DNA of 64,000 nt from the human T2T-CHM13v2.0 reference genome, Homo sapiens, in NCBI RefSeq assembly GCF_009914755.1, contig NC_060927.1; one strand, written 5' to 3'. The notes beneath the pieces are model-generated. The model saw nothing but the letters and a program-made list of their open reading frames with translations, had not been told where the DNA came from and searched no databases. Below are positions 44,947-56,650 of this stretch, piece by piece; position 1 is the first letter of the stretch; each line of letters opens with the position of its first letter. Made by a program: the position numbers and the translations under genes.

Positions 44947-46444
44947 TCTGTCAGCGGGCTGGGGTGTGATCTGTGGGCGGGCTGGGGTGCCTGTGCGGTG
45001 ATCTGTGGGCGGGCTGGGGTGTGATCTGTCGGCGGGCTGGGGTGCCTGTGCGGTGATCTGTCGGGCTGGGGAGTGATCTGTCGGGGGGATGGGGTTTGAA
45101 CTGTCAGCAGGCTCGGGTGCCTGTGCAGTGATCTGTCAGCGGGTTGGGGTGTGACCTGTGGGCGGGCTGGGGTGCCTGTGCGGTGATCTGTGGGCGGGCT
45201 GGGGTGCCTGTGCGGTGACCTGTGGGCGGGCTGGGGTGCCTGTGCGGTGATCTGTCGGCGGGCCAGGGTGTGATCTGTTGGCGGGCCGGGGTGTGATCTG
45301 TTGGCGGGCCGGGGTGTGATCTGTCGGCGCTCTGTGATCTGTCAGCGGCCTGGGGTGTGATCTCTCAGCGGGCTGGGGTGCCTGTGCGGTGATCTGTTTG
45401 CGGGCTGGGGTGTGAGCTGTCGGCGGTCTGGGGTGTGATCTGTCGGCGGTCTGGGGTGTGATCTGTCGGCGGTCTGGGGTGTGATCTGTCAGCGGGCTGG
45501 GGTGCCTGTGCAGTGATCTGTCGGGGGGCTGAGGTGTGATCTGTGGGCGGGCTGGGGTGACTCTGCAGTGATCTGTCGGCAGGCTGGGGTGTGATCTGTC
45601 GGGCTCGGGTGTGATCTGTCGGCGGGCTGGGGTGCCTGTGCAGTGATCTGTCGGTGGGCTGAGGTGTGATCTGTGGGCAGTTTGGGGTGCCTGTGCAGTG
45701 ATCTGTTGGTGGGCCGGGGTGTGATCTGTTGGCGGTCTGTGGTGTGACCTGTCAGCGGTCTGGGGTGTGATCTGTCAGCGGGCTGGGGTGCCTGTGCAGT
45801 GATCTGTTGGTGGGCTGGGTGTGATCTGTTGACGGGCTGGGGTGTGATCTGTCAGTGGGCTGGGGTGTGATCTGTGGGCGGGCTGGGGTGCCTGTGCAGT
45901 GATCTGTCGGCGGGCCGGGGTGTGATCTGTGGGCGGGCTGGGGTGCCTGTGCAGTGATCTGTCCGCAGGCTGGGGTGTGATCTGTCGGCGGGCTGGGGTG
46001 TGATCTGTGGGCAGGCTGGGGTGCCTGTGCGGTGATCTGTCGGGGGGCTGGGGTGTGATCTGTGGGCGGGCTGGGGTGCCTGTGCGGTGATCTGTGGGCG
46101 GGCTGGGGTGCCTGTGAAGTCATCTGTCGGTGGGCCGGGGTGTGATCTGTCGGCAGGCTGTGGAGTGATCTGTCGGTGGGCTGGCTGCCTGTGTGGTGAT
46201 CCGTCGGCGGGCTGGGGTGCCTATGTGGTGATCTGTCAGCAGGCTGGGGTGTGATCTGTCTATGGGCCAGGGTGTGATCTGTTGGTGGGCTGCAGTGTGA
46301 TCTGTCGGGCTGGGGTGTGATCTGTCCGCGGGCCGGGGTGGGATCTGTTGGTGGGCTGCGGTGGGACCTGTCAGCGGGCTGGGGTGTGATCTGTCAGCGG
46401 GCTGGGGTGTGATCTGTGGGTGGGCTGGGGTGCCTGTGCAGTGA
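44947..46444. repeat. G-rich minisatellite of about 1.5 kb with interspersed 23-bp and 32-bp units
   Basis: Short unit gggctggggtgtgatctgtgggc; long unit gggctggggtgcctgtgcggtgatctgtgggc; many single-base variants. Confidence 0.97.
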
Positions 46445-47012
46445 CAGTCTGCTGTGCACTGGGGGGTTGGAAGGTCGAGGCCACTGGTGACAGAGGGGAA
46501 GCTCCTGAGAGGTTTACTTAAAAGTAAATGAGGGATGTTGTTTGGCCTTTGCCCATTTTGACCAACCAGCTTATTGTTTTTTTCTTGCAACAACAAAATA
46601 CACACATAGCTATAGACACATTTTAATTATAGAAAGGATTGCAGGGAAAATACCTTTATTATTGTGAGTCTAAAATTCTTTAGCCTTTAACTCACTTTTT
46701 TCCCGTTGAAATAATTGTTTTTTTAATGTGGTGTTTGAAACACCTATGTTTTTAGAAGTTGAAATACAGCAGAATAGATGCTCTTTTTATACATACGTGT
46801 GTGTGTAGGTATGTATCTATACACACGTGTGTACACTGATATACATACACATATATGTAATTTTAAAAATAGGATCGTATTAAACATATGATCTTACATT
46901 TTGCATTCTTTATTTAATAGCACATTCTAAGTATTTCCTGAGGCATTACATATTCTTCGAATAATGCCTCAAGTATTCTGTTATATGGATGAAGCATATT
47001 ATTCATCTACCT

Positions 47013-47022
<10 letters not shown>

Positions 47023-47052
<30 letters not shown>

Positions 47053-47325
47053 CAGACAGAGTCTTGCCCGGTCCCCCAGGCTGGAGTGTAGTGTCGTGAT
47101 CTCAGCTCACTGCAGCCTCTGCCTCCTGGGTTTGAGTGATCCTCCCAGCTCAGCCTCCTGAATAGCTGGGCGTGCACCACCATGCCCAGCTAATTTTTGT
47201 ATAGTTGTAGACACTGGGCCTTGCCATGTTGCCCAGGCTGGTCTTGAACTCCTGGGCTCAAGAGATCTGCCGGCCTCAGCCTCTGAAAGTGCTGGGATTA
47301 CATGTGTGAGCCACCGCGCCTGGCC
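47023..47325 (-). mobile_element. Alu (AluJ-like) in AT-rich, old L1-like sequence
   Basis: Poly(T), then ctcctgggctcaagagatctgcc. Confidence 0.92.
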
Positions 47326-47907
47326 CCTCTTTTTCACATTTTAAGTTGCTTCCAATTTTCTTCTACTATAAAAAATGTGATAAACATATAGTATATGACT
47401 CTGTCCACATCTCTCACATTTTCTTACAGTCGACTTTAGACATAATGACCTTCATGAAGTTTTCATAAACATTATCAATAGCGTAATAAATCCCCCAATA
47501 CAATGGCTGGTGCACAGCAGGCATTCAAGAATTGTTACCTATAAATAGGAAATCAAGTAGGTGAGAGAACAGACCAATTCTGTCACAGCAGAGGGCTGGG
47601 AAAGATATCTGCTCCACCTCTTCAGGGCAGGATGTAACTGGGCAGTCTAGGGTAAGAGGGATGAGAAGAAATGGGGATGCTTTTGCTCCCCAGTGCAGGT
47701 GGACCTGCCAATACCTAGAATGAAATGATTCCTTGCTTTGAACCAAACATGCCAATACTACCCTCTCTGACACCCTCTCAGATGTGCCCTCTCCTTGGTC
47801 CTTAGGATCTCCTGTAAGCACTCATCTTCATCAGGGGAGGTGGGGATTCCAATGGCATTGAGTACACACTTGATTCAGAGCCTTCATGCAGCTGAAACTG
47901 TGATCAG

Positions 47908-47951
47908 AGAACAAACAACATGAATCACCATGTTCTCAAAGATGATTTATT
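47908..47951 (-). terminator. XXYLT1: XXYLT1 polyadenylation signal AATAAA plus downstream GU/U-rich element
   Basis: TTTATT at 47946-47951 on the plus strand. The minus strand downstream reads tggtgattcatgttgtttgttct (CstF-type element), and there is U-rich sequence upstream. Confidence 0.85.
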
Positions 47952-49363
47952 AGCTATCCTCACTCATGGGAAAAAGAAAAACGTAAATGAAATCAAAACA
48001 AAACAAGATGAAAATTGATACAAATGGACCCCTGGGGCTTTCACGTCTGCAGCCTACGTACAGGAGGCCCCATCAAAAGAAATGACGCTTTAATTTCTGC
48101 TAAGGTCTACGGTCTAACGTGGTATGATAAGGGGATTTTTTAAACAAAGAAACTAGAATGCTTACTAGCCCATGAGTGACATGTCTTCCAAGCCCACATG
48201 GTCACACTTGGGAATTGCTGGGTTCCTTTTTGGTTTTTTTTTTTTTTTTGAGATGGACGTCTCACTCTGTCGTCCAGGCTGGAGTGCAGTGGTGTGATCA
48301 CAGCTCAGTGCAGTGAACTCCTGGACTCAAGCCACCCTCCCACTTCAGCCTCCCAAGTAGCCGGGACAACAAGCACAAGCCACCACACCTGGCTAATTTT
48401 TAAAATATTTTGTAGCGATGGGGGCCTCCCTGTGTTTCCCAGGCTGATCTCGACCTCCGAGGCTCAATCGATACCCCCACCTCGGTCTCCCAAAGTGTTG
48501 GGATTACAGGCTTGACGACTGTGCCCGGCCTGGGCTTTTTGGAATGAGTCTTCCTGGTCCCGACAGTTCTCCTGCATGTCCTTGTGGTGGCCAGTCTCTG
48601 TTCTTTGATGACGAATTTGCTTTCTGAGTAGAGTCTGGTCACCTGGAGCTGGTTTGGTGGAATAAAGGACAATGGGGTTCTAGGATGTAGCTGGGAGATA
48701 CAAGCTGTGAGTACTCTAATAATGAGATAAGTTTTCTTATGCAGGCCCCAGTTGGTCCTGAAGTCCTTCCTCAAAGAGGCGATCCTGAAACCTACACCAA
48801 GTGACGTGAGCATCAGGAGAATGCGCGTGCAGCAGCCTCCCAGGGTGAGTATGTGATGGGCTGGCATTCGTTTGGAAGCTTAGATACTGGGCTGGTCATT
48901 AAAACCTTGGCTTACCTTACCCGTTTGGGGCTCGATGGGTGCTAAAGCAGTTCTGTTTGTACTTTCTCGAAAAATGGAAGGCTGTCAATTTAAATTAAAT
49001 TTATATTGGTCCAAAAAAGGCCGGGTCTAAAGGATTTCCATTCCTCAGAGGCAGACAGCAAGGGGGACCCTTTCTCCCCTTCCTTCTCTTCAAGTGCTTG
49101 CTTCCCAGCCCACTGGACATGCGTGTCCTTTGTGTCGCCTGCTCCCTGGAGGAATAAGGTCCCAAGCACCAGCAGTGCACAGGCCAGTCCTTGGCGGGTG
49201 GCCTCAGCACAGTGACCTGCCCGGCAGGAGGTCTCAGCACCTTAATCACAGGACTTCCCTGCGGTGTCTCTCTAGCGGGTCAGACACTGCCCTTGGGTCT
49301 GTCCCAAGGAACCCTGTCCTTCCCCCAGATCTGGAGGCCCCGGGGGCAAGGCACGGGGAGCGC
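47930..49363 (-). other. XXYLT1: XXYLT1 3'UTR (about 1.4 kb; exact cleavage site approximate)
   Basis: Lies between the TAG stop and a canonical AATAAA that is followed by a GU-rich element. Confidence 0.85.
48234..48530 (-). mobile_element. Alu (AluJ-like) in the XXYLT1 3'UTR, sense in the mRNA
   Basis: T-run at 48234-48249, then gtgatcacagctcagtgcagtgaactcctggactcaagc...gtgcccggcc. Confidence 0.92.
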
Positions 49364-49760
49364 CTAGTCCTCCGGGATGGGAGTGTTGCAGTTCCCGTGG
49401 TAGATCTTGACGTGGCCCTCACACCTGAAATAGGCCTCGAAGACGTCACTGTAGCCATGGTCCCTCCACCAGGTGCACAGCTGCCGGTTCCAGGTACAGT
49501 CCAGCACATGGAAGAGCTTGGGGTGCTCCATGCCGATCATGGTGAAGAAGTCCTGGTCCCCGAGGTGGCCGCGGAAGTGGTACTTGTCGGCCAGCTGCTG
49601 CACCTGCGCCGGCTCCAGCAGGCGGCTGTAGAGCGGGGACTGGCGCATGGCCTCCAGGTTCAGCAACATCACCCCGCTGTTGAAGCCCGGCAGCCCCTCG
49701 GGGGGCGGGCCCCCAACCCGGGTCTGGGGGTTCTCATGGCGGAACTGCCAGAATGTGTGC
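49364..49760 (-). CDS. XXYLT1: Terminal coding exon of xyloside xylosyltransferase 1 (GT8 glycosyltransferase acting on O-glucosylated Notch EGF repeats); C-terminal 131 aa plus stop
   Basis: After the acceptor (...ctctccacAG|G, phase 2) it reads HTFWQFRHENPQTRVGGPPPEGLPGFNSGVMLLNLEAMRQSPLYSRLLEPAQVQQLADKYHFRGHLGDQDFFTMIGMEHPKLFHVLDCTWNRQLCTWWRDHGYSDVFEAYFRCEGHVKIYHGNCNTPIPED, with TAG at 49366-49364. GT8 motifs FNSGV, GDQD and the C-terminal metal-binding His (IYHGN) are present. 397 nt = 1 + 132 codons. I recognise this as the XXYLT1 C-terminus. Confidence 0.97.
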
Positions 49761-49788
49761 CTGTGGAGAGAGAGGACAGAGTTAGTCC
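49761..49788 (-). promoter_or_regulatory. XXYLT1: 3' splice site of the last XXYLT1 intron (branch point, polypyrimidine tract, AG)
   Basis: Minus strand reads ggACTAACtctgtcctctctctccacAG|G. The branch A is at 49782 (-22), followed by an almost pure pyrimidine tract and CAG. Confidence 0.93.
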
Positions 49789-49859
49789 GGTGTGCAGGGG
49801 AACCAGCCTGCCGGCCTGCTGCCCTGGGTCTTCACAGCCAGCCTGCATGCAAACACTGC

Positions 49860-50210
49860 CACATTCCGGGGTGCAGAATCCGCATCACTACACCAGCAAG
49901 TGGCAGAGCTGGGACCTGAACCCAGGGCTCTGGACCCCAAGCCTCAGATTCTTTCTACCATCCTCTGCTACGTCCTCACCACAGCCAACATTGATATTAT
50001 TGACTGAGGATGTACCAGGCGCCATACTAGACCGGCTTACTTACTCCCCACACAACCCCAGGGGATGGGTGCTCTGAGATGATACATCATTTCACAGCCA
50101 AGAAAACGGACGCACAGAGAGGTCAAGGTATTTGCCCAAAGTCACACACCTAGTAAGCAGCAGACGCAGGGACTAAACCCAGACAATCTGGCTCCAAAGT
50201 CCACATTCTT
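49860..50210. mobile_element. MIR fragments just inside the last intron
   Basis: gcaagtggcagagctgggacctgaacccagg; gcacagagaggtcaaggtatttgcccaaagtcacac. Confidence 0.7.
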
Positions 50211-53200
50211 AAGATAGCAGCAATCTAGGTAGAACTTTCCACCCCCTTGTCTTCACCTGTGATCTTGAAAAGGAGAAGGGAGAGAGAAGCAGGGGACACA
50301 ATCCTGAACAGAGATCTCATCAAGACGCAGGCAGCTGAACCCTGACTGGAACAGAACTGTTTTCTGCTTTAGAACAAGGCTCATTCATTGAGCCCCAAGC
50401 CTGGCACTTCAGAAAGGCTGGGCAGGGGCTGGGGGCCTGCGACAGCCCAGGGCACACCATGGGTTAGGGTGAAAGACAGCTGTAGAAGAGCCATGTAGGA
50501 TGATGTCTACTTTAGAAGGAATGTCACTTCAAGTTCAATTTTTCTCTCAGCAGATTTAGAAACCAATCTAGGTTCACAGTTCAGGGAGTGTTAGCCTCTT
50601 CTAGGTCCTCTACCCAAATGCTTCCATCTGGAGGGGAGAAGAAAGACCTAGACACCTCCCTGTGAGGGCCAGGGTTAAAGCGCTGCACTGTCCTCCAGCC
50701 TCTTTAATAGCTAAGCCTCATGTGTGCTGCAAGGGGTGTGCAGGTGGAGGGGAGAGGCGTCCAAGCCCACACCCACAGAGGAGGGGCCACAGCAATCGTG
50801 CCGGTGACCTGGAGGAAGGAGGACCATCAGGAGGCCCACTGTGGCAGGGACAGGCGTGGGAGTGGGTCCTCACGGGGAGGACACATCGTGGCAGAACCAG
50901 CTCTGCCTCCCAGCCTGGAGATGCTGCCCCACCGGCCCCCGCAGAGAGACTTCCCCACCCAAACCCAGGATAGGATCTGCGTGATGAAGCAGAAGGTACG
51001 GGGGAATAAAACCGGAGACCCTGCCCAGGGTGGCCCTGAGGGGCCACTTCTCAGCACCAGCACATTGCTCCGCTTCTGGGAACGGAGGAACCTTCCTCAA
51101 GGTCTCACGTATCACAGAGAGTGCCAAGAGTCTGATCCTGGCGAGGGGGAAGCATTCCCTCCGGACATTCTTACAGGGGAATCCACAGGGCCACTGCTTG
51201 TGTTCTGCTGTGAGTGGAACCGAGCTCTGGTGCCTGCCTGGTGGTAACAGCCTTGGCAAAAATAAGCTTCTCAAGCAAACTGAGATGCTGTCATCTTGCC
51301 ACAAAAGTCTGCGGTGATAGGGTCACACAGGGTTGGGATGCAGTGTGGCAGCTGTGTGTTCATTTTACCCTATTTCTTCCCAGTGGTTCATTTCAGGACC
51401 AGGTTATAAAGCAGCTAAAATTCTACCAGGCAGACCAGGGCACCATGACATCAGAGAGGAGGGACCCTCTGACTAGGGGCAGTGGGTGCTTTACCACCAA
51501 GGAGCTCGATTTACCCTTCGAGGGGTGGGAACGAAGCGTTTACCGAGGTGGAGCAGAGACCCAAAGGGAGGGAGGGCACGAGAAGCAGGGAGGCAGGACC
51601 TGTGCCCGCCGAGGTCCTGGACTACCTCATGCTCCACGGAGCCCACGTGTCCATCTTTCTTTACTGTCCAGAGTACCCAGGAGGGAGAGGACTCACCCAG
51701 CTGGGGGTGTGGCCCGTGCAGTCTCTTGTGTCCACAGGACCTCACAGGGCACCAGCACAGCAGGGCCACAGGAAAGATCACAGGGCTGATGAGGAACGAT
51801 GGAAAGGCAGGCGTGGGGTGGACCGTGCAGCTGTCGACACCGGGTGGAAGCAGGGGGCAGGACACTGAGGACACGATGCTGCACCTGCAGATTCACTGAG
51901 CCCTCAACCTCCCCACCAGATCTACTGTGGGGTTGAGTGAGGAGCAGGAACCCGGAGAGGCTCAGGTGTCTTTTTAAACGGCTTTACTCCTAGCAAGTGG
52001 GGAGCAAAGAGGCCGCCCACTGTTCCAGGTATCCTTACCAACCTCGGCAGGAACGCTCCCAAATCTTCTGTGTCTGCAGCAAGGAGGAGCAAACAGTGAA
52101 CTAGCACTGAGCTCGCTGGGCTCAGGAGATGGGGGCCGCAGGCAGAGAGAAGAGGACAGAATATGCCTCCAGGAGAAGGCCACAGCACAAGTGGCTCTTT
52201 GGGGACAATGCTCAGCACCACCACTCAATCAGGATGAAGAGGTATTTGATGATGGTCAGAAAGGACTGGTCTGGGCATCAGCCTGAGAAGGAAAGGAGGG
52301 ACAGGAAATTGGGCGTGCAAGCTGCCCCGTGTGTGTGCTGCAGCAGAAACACAGCCTGAAAAGGAACAATGACTGTCCCCACCCAAAGCGATGTTCAGGG
52401 GGCCCTTGTTCAAGGCGTCCCTACTATCCCCAAATGAACCCAGAAAGACAGAGCAGTCACCTAAGGGAATGGTGGGTTTCTCTGGCTTCTGTGTCTGCTG
52501 GTTCTCGTAGAGGAATCGCATCAGCCTCGGGGTAGAAGGAATGGTACGGGGTGTGGACAGTATTGGAGCTCGTGCGAGGAACTTCTATCCCATGGCAAAA
52601 TGGCCTAAACAGGCAGTACCGCCAATCCCCCCAACGCAACAGCACAGCGTGGGTCACGAAGCCCTCTCACACTCTCCACCTCGGCTCCCTCTCCCTGGCA
52701 GCCCAGGGACATTACTGCCTGCATTTTTGCAGAAAGGGAACAGAGGTCCTCAGTTTGTCGCAGGCAGGGCTTCTGATCTCTGAGGTCCCTTTGATCTGAC
52801 TGCCTCGGATTCCACGGGCTAGGGTTCCAAGGAGGTGCGCTTGGATTTCAATCTTATTTCTGAATTTGGGTGGCACCGGCCGAGGCCAGGGGACAGGGTG
52901 ATCGGGTGATGCTGGCACATTAGGAACTTAGGGCTCAGACCTGAGGCCTCTACGAGGCAGGGCAGTGAGTGTCCCAGACCCCTGCCCTTCTTCACAGGAG
53001 TCTGGGGCTGACAACGTATATTCAGGGGCACTGTCTGTGGCACGTGCAGAGGCTGCAGGAAACCTTTGTATAAATGCAGGTATTTGGTTCTGAGTCCTGG
53101 AGCATCCAGAAGTTTCTCTGACTAACCCCTCCCCCGCTCATGCCCACAACCCAGCCACTTTGCTCTAACTATCTGGATTGTCTAACCGTCCGGCCTGTGG

Positions 53201-54618
53201 AGAGTCTTGTTCCTGTCTTCCATAGTCACCTGGAGACCCACGGTAGAGGGGATAAGCCTTTTTCACCCCTTTAGAAATAATTTCAACTGGAAAACAAGCC
53301 CCCACGCAGACAGTCCCTGGTAAATATTGGGTCTTTTCAGAAGTCAAGGAGGCCCTTTGGGAAAATAAAAATTAAGAAGCTTTAAGAACATTCTTCCAGT
53401 CATAAATGCATTTTCTAAATTTTTAACATTGAATATAACTTAATAATCATAAAAAAGACTATTAAAAGCTAGTCAACTAGTTTTCATGAAGAAAACCCAT
53501 CTTTATGGAAAAGGGCATCTGAAGTCATTTGGAAAAGCACAGTTACTTCCTCGCTTCAAGTCTTTCCCTGATGATCACAACCAAGGCCGCTCTGCTAAGG
53601 GCTCTCGAGAGAGCCGGGCTGGAGAATCTAAGGGCTCGTCCTCCCCAGTAAAGGGCACACGTGGCCATCAGCCCTCCCACCTCCTCCTCCCACCACTCCA
53701 AACCACAGGCCCTTTTGCCTCCGACTCTTCGTGATTTTTTTTCTCCTGCCCCTTTCTCAGCTCCTCAGGTCGAGTTCACCACCACCACCTCCAAGAGGGA
53801 GGAAGCGAGGATGGGAAAATGCTGAGCCTGGGCTGTCTGCACAAGACTCTGCAGGAAGGTTCTAGAAGCCTGTGCTGACTCAGGCTAAGTTCAGGCTGTA
53901 GACTGTCAGGCAAAGAAGGCTCCATTTGAGGTCTGAGATTCAGCACACGGCCTCGCAAGGCGTACCTCTGGGGCGTCCTTCAGCCTTGAGAGCAGTCACT
54001 GAAGGGCCAGCATCTGGGCCTCCTCCCAGAGGAAGCACCCGGCCCAGAGGCTGTGCAGTCAGTGAGGCCTGGAACCCGGAAACGTGATTTCCCTCATACC
54101 CATGCATGTGTGCCTGGCCCAATGAGCTCGTTTGGCGTGGAAGGGACCTTGTTTTCCAGTCATCCAAGATGAGAGTCCAGGAGGGAAAAGCAACACTCAG
54201 CAGCTGCCCAGCACTTCATCCACACCAGCCAGGTCCTCTGGGGTGATCCAGGGACATTTCAAGTCCACCGAGGCCCAGAGGCTCTCCGGACACCCTGCGC
54301 CCTGGCTGGGTGATGTCGGCTAATTTCAGACCCATGACCCTGCATCTTGGTCCTACCTGGAGCTAAGGCTGAAGTTCTGTGGGGCAGTCTCGAGCTCTTC
54401 AGTCCTTTAGGGGAACCACTGCCCTGTGGTATCAAACTGGAGAAGACATGGACATCCTGGAGTTGTAGGACCACCACGGAGCTCTAAGTACCCGTGTCCC
54501 TAGAGCAGTCCTTACTGCCAGCTCAGAACTGACCCTTATTAGGATCTCTTGATAACAAGACCTAGAGCAGGCTGAGGTCTCCAGCTCTACTGGACAGAGA
54601 AGGTAAGAAGTGTTCCCA

Positions 54619-54966
<348 letters not shown>

Positions 54967-56197
54967 TCATAGAGCCACGGTCTACCAGAGCCTGAAGACT
55001 GAGGGACTCCTGGTTCATATACCCATTGTGCAGATGAGGAAGCTGAGGCTCAAAAACTGGCCTGTCCAGGGTCACGCTGCTGAAAGGGCAACTCCACATT
55101 TCCAGGCAAATAATTTATGCTTTTCCACAAATGCCTCTGCCCAGAAAAGGGAACTGCTGCCTCCCACCTACCCAAAACAAGCCCTGTGGTGAGGCGAGGC
55201 AGCACCGCTCAGACAAAGCCAGCCTGCCAGGAGGCGCAGAGGCTGTGCTTTCCCCTCCAGCAGGGCCCACGTCCTCCAAGCTCACCACACTAGCACTTGG
55301 AGGAGAGCTGGGTGCCCGAGTGGCTGGCAGGACTTGCCTGGGGAAATAGGAGGGACACTAAGCAGGTGGCAGGCATGTGCTCACCCTCGTCTGTGGGACC
55401 TCCTAAGAAACATGTGCTTGTTTTCAAACCCCAGCCCTCTTTGAAGGCCAGCAACTGAGTTGCCAAACCACAACATCCCCAGAACTTGGAAGGGGCAAGC
55501 GAGGTCGAGGCGCGGCTGCTGCTTTGCAGGCTGAGTGGGCACTGGGGTTGGTCCTCAGTGCTGCAACCAGGCTGCCTGGCAGGACAGGAGAGGACTGCTG
55601 GGGCACCGGGCCCCACAGAGACCCTGTGGGGAGGCACACCGCAGAGGGCTTCCCCTCCAGGCCCTCCCTCCAACATGAGCCACAGCTCCTCCCCTCCAGA
55701 AAGAACCAGCACCACGGCCTCCGCCTCCTGGAGCCTCTCCCCGCACGCTGGAGGCTGCCAGGGCCCTGCTTTGCAACTGCTGGCATCTCTGCACCACCTG
55801 CACAGCCTGAGAGAACAGAGGTTCAGGGAAGGAAGAGGGCCTGGAGGAAGGTCTGGGGGCTCGGGGAAGTGAGAAAAGAGGTGACATCTGCTGAGCAGAT
55901 GTGCACAGCTTTAATCAGGACAGTGTTACCACCCACCCCACACCCACCCGTTCCAGGAGAGGAAGAAGCCCGCACGGGGTCACGGGGCCGACTGCGGCAC
56001 AGACATTGGAACTCGACCGCGCGTGTTCCCGGAGTCTGAGTCGTTTTGAATTATGTCACGCAGGGGCCTTCGGTGGGAGGAGGGACAGTCGTGACAGGGC
56101 ACTGGGGTGGCTACTAGACAAGCCAAGCATTCTGGAGAGTTGCCCCTGTTACAGCCTGCACAGTGGGCCTCATTTTTACCTAAAGACCACTGGGCTC

Positions 56198-56650
56198 TGT
56201 TAGTTCGCTAGGGCTGCCATCGCAAAGTACCACCAACGGGGCGGCTTCAGCAGCAGAAAGGTGCTGCCTCTCCGTTCGGCGGGCTGGAAGTCCAAGATCA
56301 CAGTGCTGGCAGCTGGCTCTGTCTGGGCTAGGAGGGAGGGTCTGTTCCAGGCGCTCCCCTCGCTCCTGGTGGCTTGCTGGCAGTCTGGGATCCTGGGAGA
56401 GGCATCACCCTGCTCTCTGCCTTCATATTCACATGGCGTTCTCCCTGCGTGCACGTGCCTCTGTGTCCACATTGCCCCTTTCTATCAAGACGCCAGCCAT
56501 AAGGATCCGGGCCTGCCCTACCCCAGCAGAACCTCATCTCAACTCTTTATATCTGCAACAACCCCATTCCCACAAAAGGTGACACTCAGAAGTGCTGGGG
56601 GCTAGGATTTCTGCAGAGGAATTCTGAGGGCCACACTTCAACCCACAGCA
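56198..56650 (-). mobile_element. MLT1A/B/C-type MaLR solo LTR
   Basis: tgttagttcgctagggctgccatcgcaaagtaccac...ggctggaagtccaagatcac...cttcatattcacatggcgttctccct...ttcaacccacagca. Confidence 0.85.

Noticed and set aside
45752-46605. Pro/His/Thr-rich mucin-like ORFs
   Set aside because: These translate the C-rich VNTR strand. Unit lengths of 23 and 32 bp are not multiples of three, unlike coding mucin repeats.
49364-49672. ORF-track start at 49672 read as a stand-alone 102-aa gene
   Set aside because: That GTG is an internal Val codon. The frame stays open up to the splice acceptor at 49760.
49094-50077. 327-aa plus-strand ORF, the longest in the window
   Set aside because: It is a shadow ORF antisense to the GC-rich XXYLT1 exon. 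It starts at GTG, runs into MIR sequence and has no recognisable domain.
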